Under the pieces are notes generated by a model. It did not search any database, had not been told where the DNA came from, and saw nothing but the letters and a program-made list of their open reading frames with translations. The position numbers were made by a program, and so were the translations under genes. DNA of 64,000 nucleotides from Eledone cirrhosa (taxonomy: Eukaryota), in contig OZ024743.1 in assembly GCA_964016885.1 (NCBI GenBank), forward strand, positions 326,926,001 through 326,990,000, written 5' to 3'. Of this stretch, positions 14,462-28,424 are shown in pieces; positions within the stretch are counted from its first letter, which is position 1; each line of letters opens with the position of its first letter.

Positions 14462-14655
14462 ATGTTTTTCATTGGGAATGTCTAAATCAGTATGCTTTAA
14501 AAATGCCTCCAAACACAGCACCAGCTGGTTACACCTGTCCCACATGCAAACATGGCCTTTTCCCTGCCAATAATTTGATGTCACCTGTTGCTGAATCACT
14601 AAGGGAGGTGCTAAAAACTGTAAACTGGGCCCGTGCTGGCCTTGGCCTCCCTTTG
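14462..14655 (+). CDS. ZFPL1: ZFPL1 coding exon 3
   Basis: ttttcag acceptor; [12 protein letters not shown]...[12 protein letters not shown]...[12 protein letters not shown]; gttagt donor (phase 0). Confidence 0.97.
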
Positions 14656-15400
14656 GTTAGTACAAAGTATTTTTCTTTATTGACAATTATTGCAATGGAT
14701 AATTTTATTTTTGATGTTGTTTCAATTGATCAATAAGATGTCAATATAGTCTCTTAACATCCTGTACCACATGAAACTACAGTAGCAAGTTGTTCTTGAA
14801 AGGTACAAAACAGCGCTATGACTACATCACAGGAAAAATTAAAGTCTTTACTGTAATACTGCAAATTTTCACAATGATCTATCTACCAGTGAAGATACAA
14901 TAAACATTTGATTAACAAACCTGGTTTTTTTTTAGATATTTTCTGTTAAATTAGTACAAGCTGTTAAGAGATAGTACTGTAAATTTTCACATTGATCTAT
15001 CCACTAGTGACAATACTATACACTTTTGAATTAATAAATCCATTTTTAGATATTTCCTGCTAAATCATTGTAGGATATTAAGTGTTAATGAATGAAAATA
15101 ATTAAAAACTCTGTTATTATTGTCTTTTCAAGAATATTACTCTTAATCTGTGAGGGTCATAAGTCTAAAGAGAGTATTGTGATTATGTTACTTAATATGA
15201 TGCTTGTAAAGTTAAATGCTACTCTAGTGTAGGAACAGAGAGAAAGGATGGTGTCCTCACAGACTGATAGACAATCCTTGTATTGTTATAGTTATATGTG
15301 AGAATTGTGACAAGGAGCAGAAAGGCTCATAGAATAAGTTGTATATTACAATTAGAAATATTTAATATTTCAATGTGTTTTTTTTTTTTCTTGTCAATAG

Positions 15401-15674
15401 ATCAAAGAAGAAAGACAATCACCTGATAAATTCCTTTCTGAAAATGTGCATTCTTCTACACCTTTGGCAATCCATACTACCTCAATAAATGCCCCAACAG
15501 TTCACAGTCCTACTGATGCAAAGAAGTCATCTAGCCCTCAGTATATTCGTCCAAGTGCACAAGTCAGTCCTTACACCAGTACACCAACTCTTGCATCTTC
15601 AGCAGCATCTACACACAGTATTATCAATCTGGACCCCGGCACTACAGCCAGAGGAGATAAAGGAATTTTTACTA
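15401..15674 (+). CDS. ZFPL1: ZFPL1 coding exon 4 (Ser/Thr/Pro-rich linker)
   Basis: Poly-T tract and caatag acceptor; open frame IKEERQSP...GIFT; gtaagt donor (phase 1); phases match the neighbouring exons. Confidence 0.85.
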
Positions 15675-16563
15675 GTAAGTAATGATGTTTTCAAACTTTT
15701 CCTTATTAATGATCCAAATCAACAAGATCCCAGACCTCATTCACTTAATGACTGAGTGGGGTGGAACTCGTCCAATCGGACCAAGGAAACACTGTTTCCA
15801 ATGGTATTTCTAATTGCTGATACTATCTACTGGTCACAAGTAGCAGAAGGAGCAATGTGAAATAAAGTGTCTTGTTAAAGGACATAACACATTGCCCAGC
15901 CCAGGAATCAAAACCACAACCTCACGTTTGTGAATCCAACTCTTTAACCTCTAAGCCTTCACTTCCTTATTAATAGTAATTCAAATATTTAGTACTTTAG
16001 TCATTGTTTTGGGTAAAATACATAACTGTAAAATTGTTGTGCAAAATAAGTAATAAATCATTGGACAGAAGCAACAACATTGTTTATCTGATGCTTTGCA
16101 TTGGACAAGTGACAGAAATTTCTACTATAATTGCTACTTAAGTGAAAATACACAAAGATTCTATTTGATTCATCAAATATTTTTTAACATGTACCAAAAT
16201 ATGTTGCTTTCATAAAATACCCAGGCATCACCAGGTAACTCTGCTAGTATTATATAATTGTTTCTACTTTAGGCACGAGGCCAGCAATTATCCAGTACAT
16301 TACTGGTACTTTATTTTATCGACCCCGTAAGGATGAAAGGCAAAGTTATAATGTAATCTTATATACCTCTAAAAAAATGGAATATTCATTGCTGGAATAG
16401 CTTTTATCATAGGTCTACTAGGTCAGAGTTAACCTCAAGCTAAACTTTTATCAATTCAATGTTTTGTAGTTTATTTGGTTTGGTATTCTCATATTTAGGT
16501 CAAATTTAACTTTTTTAAATTTCATGATGTATTTTTTCTTCCTTTCTTCATTCACTCTTTGAG

Positions 16564-16678
16564 GTCCTAGAAAATTATTTGACTCCACAAAAGATGATGT
16601 GTTCAATATGTCACATGACCACGATGAGGACAAATATAGAAGACGGCCTGCTCTCAACTGGTTAGCAAGACTTTTCAA
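16564..16678 (+). CDS. ZFPL1: ZFPL1 coding exon 5
   Basis: SPRKLFDSTKDDVFNMSHDHDEDKYRRRPALNWLARLFK matches the conserved PRK..D / DKYRRRPA..WL motif; gag acceptor (alternative start 16571), gtgagt donor. Confidence 0.88.
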
Positions 16679-17283
16679 GTGAGTGTTAATTCTTTGACTA
16701 AAAAAGGAATGTACTCAATACACTCTGTAAGGTGGTTGGTAATATGAAGTGTATCCAGTTATAGATATGCTAAATAACATGCTAAAAAAGGGTTGAGAAG
16801 ACTCTTCAGTTTTGTTAAGCGCATAACAACTTCTCTAGTGTTGGTGACATGATAAAACATTGCCAGTTCACTGTTAAATGTATGATGAAAGGAAGGGTAT
16901 CTAACCATAGAAAACTTGCTAAACAAGGATTCTTCAGTTGTGTCAAAGACGTGACAATTCCTCTAGTGCAGTGCTGCAATCAAATGCATCTTGTGTACTC
17001 TGCAGAGTATGGAAATGTGTGTGAAAGGTCAGTAGCTCCAATTAAGTACTGGCTTGGTCTGTGACAACTCGTCCAACACTTGCTAGCATGGAAAATGGAC
17101 ATTAAATGATAAGTTCCAGTAAACTATTGAGATGTCAGATGTCACAACTACTTATTCCATATAGTTGTGGCCTTGACATCTCTTGATAGTTTATACCATA
17201 CAGAATACACTAGGTGCATTTTATTGTGACACAAGCACTAGGGAGATTGTTTTGCCCTCTATACAACTGAAGAGTCCTCTTAA

Positions 17284-17467
17284 CCCTTTAGCATTTAAAC
17301 TGGCCATATCCAGCCAGAATTATCTCACCTCTTTCTGTTCAAACTGGCTGTAACTGGTTGTTCATACTTATGTTCATACTATTGTTCTGAAAATAAATAA
17401 TATCTGAGATAAAGCCTTTACTATGAAAATACAATAGTATATATAGAGCAATGTAAATGCTAAAGGG
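17284..17467. mobile_element. piggyBac-type MITE (same family as 10355..10552)
   Basis: Same TIRs, TTAA flanks and similar internal sequence. Confidence 0.8.
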
Positions 17468-17620
17468 TTAATTCTCTTTGGCATATTTTCTACAGCTGGG
17501 CTCCCTTCCTGTCATCAACCACCTTACTGGGTGTACTGGCTGCATTTTTCGTGTGGAAAGATTAATTTTTATGATAAAATTATGTTATCATTAAGTTGTA
17601 TTTCGTTTTTATTTTTCTAG

Positions 17621-17858
17621 AACAAATGACTCTTATCGAACAAAAGACCCAAATGCAACAATGAAGAAATTTCTTGTTGTTCTCGTTATTGGTTTAATTG
17701 GCTTCATAACTGTGGTTATGGTCTTCTCTCATCTGGGTCATATGGCAACCCAAGACGATCCTGCTTTTAATCCACTGGCAAATCCCAACATTCATGTGAA
17801 GGACCAACAAATACCCAATGAAGAAATTATACAGCAGAAAGTGAAACCACTTCATTAA
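17621..17858 (+). CDS. ZFPL1: ZFPL1 last coding exon (transmembrane anchor and luminal tail)
   Basis: tttctag acceptor; TM segment FLVVLVIGLIGFITVVMVF then DPAFNPLANPNIHV; stop at 17856..17858. Spliced CDS is 1044 nt, 347 aa. Confidence 0.95.
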
Positions 17859-18333
17859 AGATGGGCAGCATCAATTTGTTTCCTGGTAAAATATCTTATA
17901 TCTTAGATCAACTGCTGTCGCCCATCAGCATAATATATATGTATATATAGCTCCCTGCTTTGACAAATTTACTGGAAGAAACATAACTATTTCTTTAGTG
18001 TCAAATTTTGGCGACTTATAAAGAAATGTACTTAATTTGATTTTATTAACGTATTGTTTGTATTCCAAGTCATTAGAGAGAAAGAAAAATATTTTGTCAG
18101 TCTTTAATATTTAAACGAACTTTGGACTTGATTTCTTCTCCAGTGATGCAGCTGCATGATTGTGTAAGTTTATATATATATATATAAATCTGAGCTGTAG
18201 AGAACTTCAGTGTCTGATCTATACTGTGATTGACAGTTTCAACAGTTTGTGGTCAGTGAGCGTAAGTAATAAAGTTATCTCCCTTAACCAAATTAAATAA
18301 ATATGGAAACGTTAGAGCGGCTACAATGCAAAC

Positions 18334-18641
18334 GGGGTTGTAAATGTTGAGGTAACAAGGTTGGATAAAAGAGATAAGGATGAAAGGAACAAAGGAAAAA
18401 GAAAAGAGAACAAGAAATTTATTTACCTTTGTAATATTTAGAACGGATTCAGTTACAACTCGAATGCAAGCTATATAGAGTCTAATGGAATTCTCCATGA
18501 CAGTGACTAGTTGAATCTGAACTATATCAAAAATAATTACTATTACCAAGGTAACAAAATCTCTCGTTTCTCAGTCTATTTTTCTTTTTTCTTCCTTTCA
18601 TTCATCTTTACTTCTATTGTTACCTCAATATTTACAACCCC
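18334..18641. repeat. Imperfect inverted repeat (old MITE-like) downstream of the ZFPL1 stop
   Basis: ggggttgtaaatgttgaggtaacaa ... ttgttacctcaatatttacaacccc, with patchy complementarity continuing inward. Confidence 0.75.
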
Positions 18642-21463
18642 ATCTTCATTTGAGCAACTTCATATTCCACAATGCAAACTACAACAATCTCTAAATAAAC
18701 AGTGATTTGATGGAAATAAACTAAAAATTTCAAGTTGCCAAATTCTATATTCATTCCAGTATGTCAACAAATATAATCACAAAAATGTTTCTTGAGAACA
18801 ATTGTTTTTGTGAATGTTAACTTTTATGAAAGGAATTTTACTGTCTGAAATTTGTAATGGTTAATTACTGGCATCTTTTGTATTTTCATGGCACCATAGA
18901 TTATCTATGTGGATAGATTTTGGCAAGCTGAGCCAGTAAGTAGTATGGTTTTACGTTCCAATTTTAGTGTATATACTCCCAAAGGAAGTTGATGATAATA
19001 ATATACAATCATAGTGCAAATTTAGTTCCTTTTTTTTTTTTTTATATTATGGGCGGTGAATTGCCAGAGTTATTAGAGCATCAGATTAAAAATGCTTTGG
19101 TATTTGTTCTGGCTCACTGCACTTTGAGTTCAAATATTGCTTTGCCTCTCATCTTTTTGAGAGCAATAAAGTACCAGTCCAATACTAGGGTTCATTCCCC
19201 CACTCTCTCTCTTGGAAAGAAATTGGTTATGTTCCAACCTGGAGCCAGATGGGCTCTGTTTAAAATGCCCAAGATACGCCATGTCTCACAACAGTGCTCC
19301 TACAAATCTCAAGTTAAGGACCTCTTACCCACCTTTTTCTCTCTATCTCTCACACACACACATTGAAAAATATTTAAATTTATATAAAGTCTAATTTTGT
19401 ATAACCATTCTTTAGAAATACTGATTTGAAAATGTTGCTACATTTGTTAGATATTTAATATAAATTTATTTTATCCCTTCCTTCTATCATCATTCAATTT
19501 CTTCAATGTGTTGGACTGTAGTGAAAAGATCTGAGAGTTTCATCAGTTATTTTTCTTCGCCCACTTATTCCTGAGAGGGTCATGGGGGCAGAGTCCTCAA
19601 ACACTCCTTCCAGTGGGTCCTGTCTGAAGCAACCGTCTCCAACTGATACAGTTGGATCCCTAAGCAAGACCAGCCAAGCTCATGGATGTTATCCAACCAT
19701 CTTGCCAGGGTCTACCCTTGGGTCTCCTGCCAGTTGGTTTTGCCTGTAAAATCTGTCCAGTGATTCTTTTCAGACAAGCCCATAGTATCAGAGCTTTAGC
19801 AGCTCTACCTAGAGTGACTCTCTGATCTCCGAGCTTATCAGTAATCCTCTTTCTAAAAAAAAATCTTTAGAATAGAGAATTTGTTAGTATATTTTGTTAT
19901 ACATATAACTTACATATAATTAGATTGGACTAACAGTTTCAACAATTTTGTAGGACCAATTAGTGACATTGAAACTGTAAATATGTTTATTTTATATTCA
20001 TTATTTGTGTCTGTTAGATTAGTTTTATTTATTTACTTAAATTAATCCTAAACTTTCATTTGAAAAAAAAAATGGCTCAATCTTTTTGATACTAACCTGC
20101 CGGAAACGACTCTTATATCATGATTTTAGGTAAAAAATTCCAAACACCAGCTTAATAATGAGAAACTTGGGTATTTTAGTAAATTTCTGTCATAATTTTG
20201 GTAGTATGATTATCTCCCTTCATTAAACAAAACTCTTTACAATGACGAGCAAACCACTTTACAATTGTTTAAAAGTGTGTAAAACTAGTAAGATAGCAAA
20301 TTGATTCTAATCCACCTATCTGTATCTTAGAAAGCCATTTCAGGTTTATTTCTGCTTCTATAGATTCATGCCTTCTAATCTCTTCATGAATAACCCCTTA
20401 ATTTATATGAATGACATTTTATTGATGATTAAAAAAAAATCGAAATATTATTGACAAAGGCAGATCGTTGATCATTTTCCTTTGCGCATTTCTCCAAAAA
20501 TCTTCTTTTTTTTTTATGTTATCATACTTAACCATTTAGTTACCATATTTCTAATAAAAGACATGATTTTCAAAGAATTTGGAAGGATTCTCATTATTAA
20601 GTTGGTGTTTGGAACATAATTTTACAAAGCTTCTAATATAAAATTATGATATAAGTTGTTTAGATACATATAAACAGTCCTAAAACTGGGGGAGATTTGG
20701 TATCAAAAGGGTTATGGTTTGATCTAAACAGTTTCTCAAGTATTGGGAGAATGTTTTTGTTGGTCACTAAAGATTGTCTGTATCATTCCAAGAGTGACAT
20801 TAACCCTTATTTATACAAACCTCCTTCTAGTTTTGATGAAACAAAACTGCCCATTTTAAGGAGCTCATACTTGAATTAAAATCTTCTAACATTACCAATA
20901 CCATTTTTCCAGAACCAGAGGCGCTTTGGGGCAAATTGGTATCAAAAGCATTAATAAATCATCCCAGATATTTAATACAAAAAAAGGTTTCTTTCAATTT
21001 AGTCAGGAACAATATAGCATAAATTTTCTAACATATAGGCACCATTATATTTAAATGGAGTGAATGAACAACAAATCTATTGTATACACTTGGTATTAAA
21101 ATAATTGAGAATCTGAGCATAAGAAAATTTCATAATTTTCTGTTTATATATATATATTCACTGGGTTTTTTTTATAGGTTTTTAACTAATTTTCTTTTTA
21201 CATATTCCCATTAATGTAGTTTTTGTTATCTATTTGTATCATATATATTCAAAGAAAATAAGGATTTGTATTCTTTTATGGGTTTCAATCATAAAACTGT
21301 GTCCATGCGGGAGCATGATCTTAAAGGGATTACAGACAATCATATCGACCTCAGTACTTATTTTTCAAGTCTGGTATTTGTTGAATCTCTAAGTTACAAG
21401 ACCTAAACATAGACACACATGTCAATATCTCCATTTAACGTCTGTTTTCTTGCTCTGTATGTA

Positions 21464-21508
<45 letters not shown>

Positions 21509-22785
21509 GATTTCCTTCTACCAAATTCCTCTCAAAAAGCATTCAGCAACCTACAAATATAGTAGAAAACACTTGTCCAATATGCATGCTGCAAGACTAA
21601 ACCCAGAACTACATGGTCATGCCTGTTTCATTTTAAACTATTTAATCAAGAATTGTAACAGTGCTTTCATTTGAATTTGTTCCCTATATTTAATAAAATA
21701 TTCTAACTCTAGCTGTTTGATGCTAAATATTTGCAAATCTTTAAACTATCAATAAATCTAATTTATTACATTCAACAATTGGAGTTTATTTTTTATTTGT
21801 GAAATAGAAAAAAAAAAAATTTCATTGTACATAACTGATGCACTGAACCCAGTAGTTCGCCTCCTTCAAAATTTCCATGCTTCCTGATATTCCCCCTCCA
21901 TACACATGCACACATGTATCTGTGTGTATATCATGACTCATACACTGTTCACTTTCCTGACATTTGTACATTATTCTATGTACTATACATACACCTTTTC
22001 ATTATTATTATTTTAACCATATTCTAAAAAGTACTCAAAGTAATCAGTAAGTTAAAAACAACTTTAGATTAGAGAATATTTTTGCACCACTTTTAAAAGT
22101 AAAAGGTTGATCTAATTTTATTTTAACCCAAACTGCTCTGGTTCTACAATACAAAGCTACTCATATTAAAGTGTTTATCATCATTACCATTTAACTTCTA
22201 TTTTCCATGCTAGCATGGGTTAGACAAGTCAGATCAGGTGACTGTTTCTGGCTTGATTTCTATGGTTGATGCTTTCCCAAATGTCAACCACATAGTGTGG
22301 ACTAGGTGCTTTTTACCATGGCACCAAAATGACCAAGTAGCAGATTGGTTTGGGTACTTTTGCATCATGTCACCAGCATAACCACGGTGCAGACTGGGTC
22401 TTTTTGTTGTGTCAGCAATACAACCACTTTATAGCGTGAACTGGATGCTTTTTCTCGTGTCATCAATATTTAACTAAAAACATGCCATAATAATTTTATA
22501 TTATGTTTAAACACCAGTGTAATAAAAATTTAATGAAATTTAGTAATATAACTTTTGAAAATTATAAAGTCTTATCAGAAATATGGCAATGAAAGGATTT
22601 AACCCTACTAGATTTGACAGAAACAGTAGTGCAAATTAAATGCTTGTATTGAAATGTGATATTAAACCCAACAGAATGACAGGATGGAGTAAAACCAAAA
22701 CAGTCATTGAGAAGGTCACAGAATGTGACAAATAACTATCTTGTCACTAATATAAGTGAAGAATGGATTAGTTAATTGAATAATA

Positions 22786-22972
22786 ATTGTTTCTACGTTA
22801 AGCACAAGGCCAGCAATTACCCAGTGCATTACTGGTACTTTATTTTATCGACCCTGTAAGGATGAAAGGCAAAGTCAACCTCGGCGGGATTTGAACTCAG
22901 ATCGTAAAGGGACGTAACTATGCTGGAAAGCAGGGCGTCCGACCCTCTACCGATACTGCCAATCCACTGCCC
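22786..22972 (-). mobile_element. tRNA-derived SINE, second family
   Basis: On -, head with B-box-like gagttcaaatcc then gttgactttgcctttcatcc...ggtcgataaaataaagtaccag; fragments also near 388..488, 7490..7620, 16256..16346 and 23000..23140. Confidence 0.75.
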
Positions 22973-24333
22973 TATTTTTTAATTGAATAATAATGATTTC
23001 TAATTTAAACACAAGGCTAACAATTATTTCAAAACCAGTATTTGACTGGTACTTTATTTTATCGAACTTTGAGAGATGAATGGCAAAGTTGATTTGAACT
23101 CAGAATGTTAAAAACCAGAACAAATGATGCAAAGCATTTAATTCTGACAGTTCACTATTCTCTATGCCTGACTTACAATAAGACCAAAGTGAAACTCAAC
23201 TGGTGTGTGTGGTTTTAATGGCAGCAAGTCCTTCTCAAAGTGTATCTGTTCCAACATGATTTCATATTACTGCAAAATAAATACAATGATTATATACATA
23301 TATATCAGGATAGAACCAGTTTTAAACTAATTAGACCATTACTCAACAGAATACTCAATACTTGGGATAGTAAGGTATGGCTATATTAGAGTTGGGGCCC
23401 CAACAGCTGAGTTCTATAGGAACAATGTGTCTAATGTGCTTCCATCTACCCAATTTCACTCACAAAGTATGGGTCAAAATAATGCTTGTTTAAGATGCCA
23501 CATAATGGGATCAAACCTGGGACATGATTGTGAAGTGAACTCCTTAACTATTCAGCCATGCTATATTCACTCAATCAAGAGTATATCGCGACGTGGGGAG
23601 GGAGGCCATTCTGAGAAGGGCCTATCTTACCCATGCAAGCATAGAAAAGTGGATCTATATATATGATGATATATATATAGATAGAGATGTCATGTAGACT
23701 ATATATACACCGAGAAGACTCTTCAGTGTGTCAAGCGCAAACCACTCTAGTGTTGGTGACATGATAAAACACACCTGATACAACCTGTTAAGTGTGGTTG
23801 GTGATAGGAAATGCATCCAACCTTAGAAAACTTGCCACAGACACGGTAAAAAGGACAATTCAGTGGTGTCAAATATATGATGGCCTTGTTGGTGCTATGA
23901 TTTGTCAGCATTTCTCACTCTCTAGAGAGCAGGAACATTTGTAAGGAAGATGGGTCCCAGCCTATCTGAGAAGTATTAAGTACTGACTTGGTCAGTGCTA
24001 AGCCATTGAATCTTGTTAGCAGGGAAAAATGGACATTAAATGATGAGGATTATATATAGAGAGAGGCAGATATATAGATATCATATAGTCAAACTGTATT
24101 TTTCAAAAAGTAGTTTGAGGCATGAATACATAAAAAATATATATGTGTATCACTGGGATATGTTTCTGCTAATGTAAAAAGTACAACTACAGGTTTTATC
24201 AGTCACAATTAAGTGCAGGTCAGCCTGAAATATTCCAGATTAAATATATTTCTGACAATGATGTCATACAGTGATGAAATTTCAGGCAAGTCTACAACAT
24301 ATACAGCACTAATATCAAGAAGTCTTCCTGTGA

Positions 24334-25021
24334 ACGTGACCTGGGCATTACGGTCAGCAGCGATTTGCGTTGGACGAGGCACGTCTCTAAAATTGTCAAG
24401 AGGGCCGAGGGTGTCTTAGCATCACTCAGCAAGACCTTTGTCAGCCGCTCTCCAGATATCTATTTAAGGCTGTATACAGCTATGGTGCGACCACACTTAG
24501 GGGTTCCAGACTGGTGATGCAAATTCTATCTTGCTCAGAACATTGACCACCTGGAAACTGTTCAGAGACGTGCAACCAAGCGAATACCCTCCATCAGGCA
24601 TCTACTATACTCTGAGCGCCTTGCTTCCCTGGGCATGGATTCATTGAAGCTCCGACGCCTGGCAACTGACTTGGTAAACACCCACAAAATTGTTAACCAT
24701 GTTGCCAACAACAACCCTGAGTACCTTTTTGATTTCCATGTGTCTAACACACGTGGACATGTCCACAAAGTAAGAAAACAGCACAGTTCCCATGACTTTC
24801 GGAAACATTTTTTCACGCTCAGAGTTGCTGAAGCATGGAACAAACTACCTGCATCAGTTGTTAGCTGTCGAGACACTGCATCCTTTAAGGCCTCCATGCT
24901 TCCCGAGATCCGCCAACACTACAGCTAACACATACACACATGTACTTCCCTGACATTTGTGTATTATTCTATGTACTATACATACACCTTTGACGAGTTG
25001 TAGTGCACCTGAGCACTTTAC
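24334..25021 (+). mobile_element. CR1-group LINE 3' fragment (older family)
   Basis: RDLGI..., [37 protein letters not shown]; (tta)n tail. Confidence 0.88.
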
Positions 25022-25707
25022 ACAATAATTTCATTATTATTTAGCCACAGTCATACAGTCAAGAGCAGGTTGGGCCTATGGCCATTTCAATAATGAGGGT
25101 TTCAGTCATTGTTTGGTCAACACCCAGCTCATGGAAGTGGCTGGACATTTTAGACATGTGCACCCCTAATGTAATTCTCAGAAGTTCAGTATGTGACAAA
25201 AATTAACCCTTTGAATTACAGGAACAATCCATCTAATGTTCTTCCAAACAATTTCACTCAAAGCATGGATCAACCCAAGGCTATGGTAAATGATACTTGC
25301 TTAAGATGCTTAATGGGATTAAACCTGGGATACAATGATTGTGAAGTGAACTCTTTAACTATTCGGCCATGCTATGTTCACTCCAGAGTACATCAATTAA
25401 CACTGTCATGAATACAAAAATTCAGGTTGTCCATTCAATTTAAGCTCATGAAGCTTATGGTGAGACTTTCTAATACACCAGTTTGCAGTAACGTGATGTG
25501 CCATGTGATATATATATATACATACACACACACTCTTTCTTCTTTTACTGATTTCAGGGATTACACTGTGGTCATGCTGGGGTACTACCTTGATTTAGTC
25601 AGTCATATAGCCTCCAGAACTCATTTTTGCAAGTTTGGTACTTATTTTATCAATCCCTCTTTTGTTGAACTGCAATTGATTCAGGACATGAATACACACA
25701 CACATCA

Positions 25708-26300
25708 TTATAATAATAATAATGAAATTATTGTGTACAGTGCTCAGGTGCACTACAACTCATCAAAGGTGCATGTATAGTACATAAAATAATGTACAAA
25801 TGTCAGGAAAATGAACAGTGTATGAGTCATGATATAATAATAATAATAATAATGATGAAATATTGTGTACAGTGCCCAGGTGCACCACAACTCATCAAAA
25901 AGTGCATGTACAGTACATAGGGCAATGCACAAACATCAGTAAAATGAACAGTGCACGAGTCATGATACACACGTGTGCATGTGTATGGAAGGGGTACATC
26001 AGGTGTATTTCGGGAAGCATGAGTGTCTTAAAGGATGCAGTGTCTCGGCAGCTAACAACTGACGCAGGCAGTTTGTTCCATGCTTCAACTCTGAGCGTGA
26101 AAAAATGTCTACGAAAGTCATGGGAGCTGTGCTGTTTTCTGATTTTGTAGGCATGTCCACGTGTGTTAGACACATGGAGATCAAAAAGGTGCTCAGGGTT
26201 GCAATTGGCGAGATGGTTAATAACTTTGTGGGTATTCACCAAGTCCATTGCCAGACGTCGGAGCTTCAATGAATCCATGCCCAGGGAAGCAAGGCGTTCC
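25708..26300 (-). mobile_element. Two tandem CR1-group 3' fragments (same family as 24334..25021)
   Basis: Reverse-complement matches; tails near 25708 and 25837; ORF 25895..26302 carries TRGHAYK and FFTLRV. Confidence 0.85.
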
Positions 26301-28381
26301 ATTGATTAACATCCATTTTCCATTTTAGCAAAGATTGGACAGATCTTCACAGACCAAACAATATTTAATCAGAGCTACTGACCTCACATATATATATACA
26401 CACACACACATATATACGTTTTCAGTCTCCACTTAACAAATTCTGCTCACAAGGCATTGGTCAACACAAAACTATAGTAGAGAACATTTACCCAAGGTGC
26501 TGCACAGTAGGACTGAACCCAGAACCACCTGGTTGTGAAGAAAACTCCTTAACCATAGAACCAATTTTGGATTCTCTTTGCCTACTTAATATAGAATGGG
26601 CCTACATTTGTTTCAGCAATGAGTGTTCAATTGTTTAATCAACAGTACTGCCTCCTTGTGAAATCAACAAATGGCTAAGTATTCCACAAACATATGTACC
26701 TCTATTGTACTTCTGAGAGATTCAACATGACAGTGTGTAAGAAGGCTGACCCTATGATTTCCCAGCTGACAAGCTGACAAGCAGTTTCCCTCTACCCAAT
26801 ATCACGAACAAGGCAGGAATCGACCTGAGGCTATGGTAAATGCTACATGCCTAAAATGTCAAGCAATAGAATCAAACCCTGATGACTGCGAAGCGAATTT
26901 CTTAACCATTTGGCCATACTGCATCTACCTACTTAATATAAAGCTCTTAACATTAGTTTGAGCAGTCTTGTAGATTTCTACTGAGGAATGGATGTCTCTG
27001 TAATTAAGGAATGGTGGGGAACTTTTCTTTTTCTACATGAAACTTACTTAAAATTGAAAACAATTAACAAAATTGTCTTTTGTTTAACAAATCATTTATT
27101 AATAAATTTTGCAGGGCATGGAGGAATTAAAACACTTCTGCAACATTGATATTTCTGCAACTGAAATAGTTAATGTGTAATGTGTAATGATTAACATAAG
27201 TGTAAAGAATGGACTCAAAATAAGAAGTAAAAACCCTTACTGACATGAGTACAGGTGTGTGTGTGTGTGTGACAGCAGAGAGGTTCCATAGAATCTCATA
27301 CAACACCCCACTTGCTTTTCAGTGTAGTTCTGGTCTCATAGGAACCTTACTGCTGGGATTAACACTTAACTGATCACCATCAACTTTACTCTTATGAAGA
27401 AAATTTCAGTAAGTTATATATAAGTTCAGTTAATCTGTAATCTATTTAGTAATTTGAACAGATTACAAATTAGGGGGTTTAAAAATTGAAACAGATTATA
27501 GATCATGGATCACTAACTAATCTATAATCTAAAATAGATGTGGGTAGTTTGGATGAATCCCAAATACTATTTGAGAGAAAGAGTGTTTGGGCGTGTGTGA
27601 GTAAGTAAACCGTAAAACTGTATCCAAGTGTGTGTGTGTGCAAGTAAATCTTAAACAGTTTCCAACTGTTTAGAAAAAAAAAAAAAGAACACAATGTTTA
27701 CCTTTTAGACACTTTACTGAGTACAGTTGTTGTAATTAGTTGCCAACACTGCGCCAAACATTATCACATTTGCAAGCTAGGAGTGATAGCTTTGCAGCAC
27801 TATTAGTAAAGTGTTTCAGTTGTTCAAACAATGGAACAGCATGCTGATGAAATTAACATGACATTGACTCAGCATTCCACAGACATGTGTATCCTTAATG
27901 TAATTCTCAGAGAGATTCACCATGCCAGTATTTAAATCACAAGTTCAACTCATTTTTGCCAGCTGAGTGGACTGAAGCAATATTAAATAAAAGTGTCTTG
28001 TTGAAGGACACAATGCACTGCCAGGAATTAAAATAATGACTGCAATTGTGAGCCAAACACTAAGTCCATTGACCACTAAGTCAGGCACCTTCACTGGACT
28101 GGACAGGCAAAACAATGTTATGGACAATCTCTCACTCTCTCTCTCTCTCTGACATGTTTTTAAAACAGATTTTGATTTGTGTATTCAATCATGAATTTTG
28201 AGTCTCTGTATATGTGGGTAGGTAAAAGTTATGACTCTTAGATGAGAAATAGAGAATATACACAAACATGATCTGAAATAATTTGGTGGGGAAGATGGAC
28301 CAGGATTTCAACTTAGTAGGGTCTCATTCAGCTTCAACATGGTTGAAATACATAGAATTCATATATTACATGTTATTGTTC

Positions 28382-28424
<43 letters not shown>

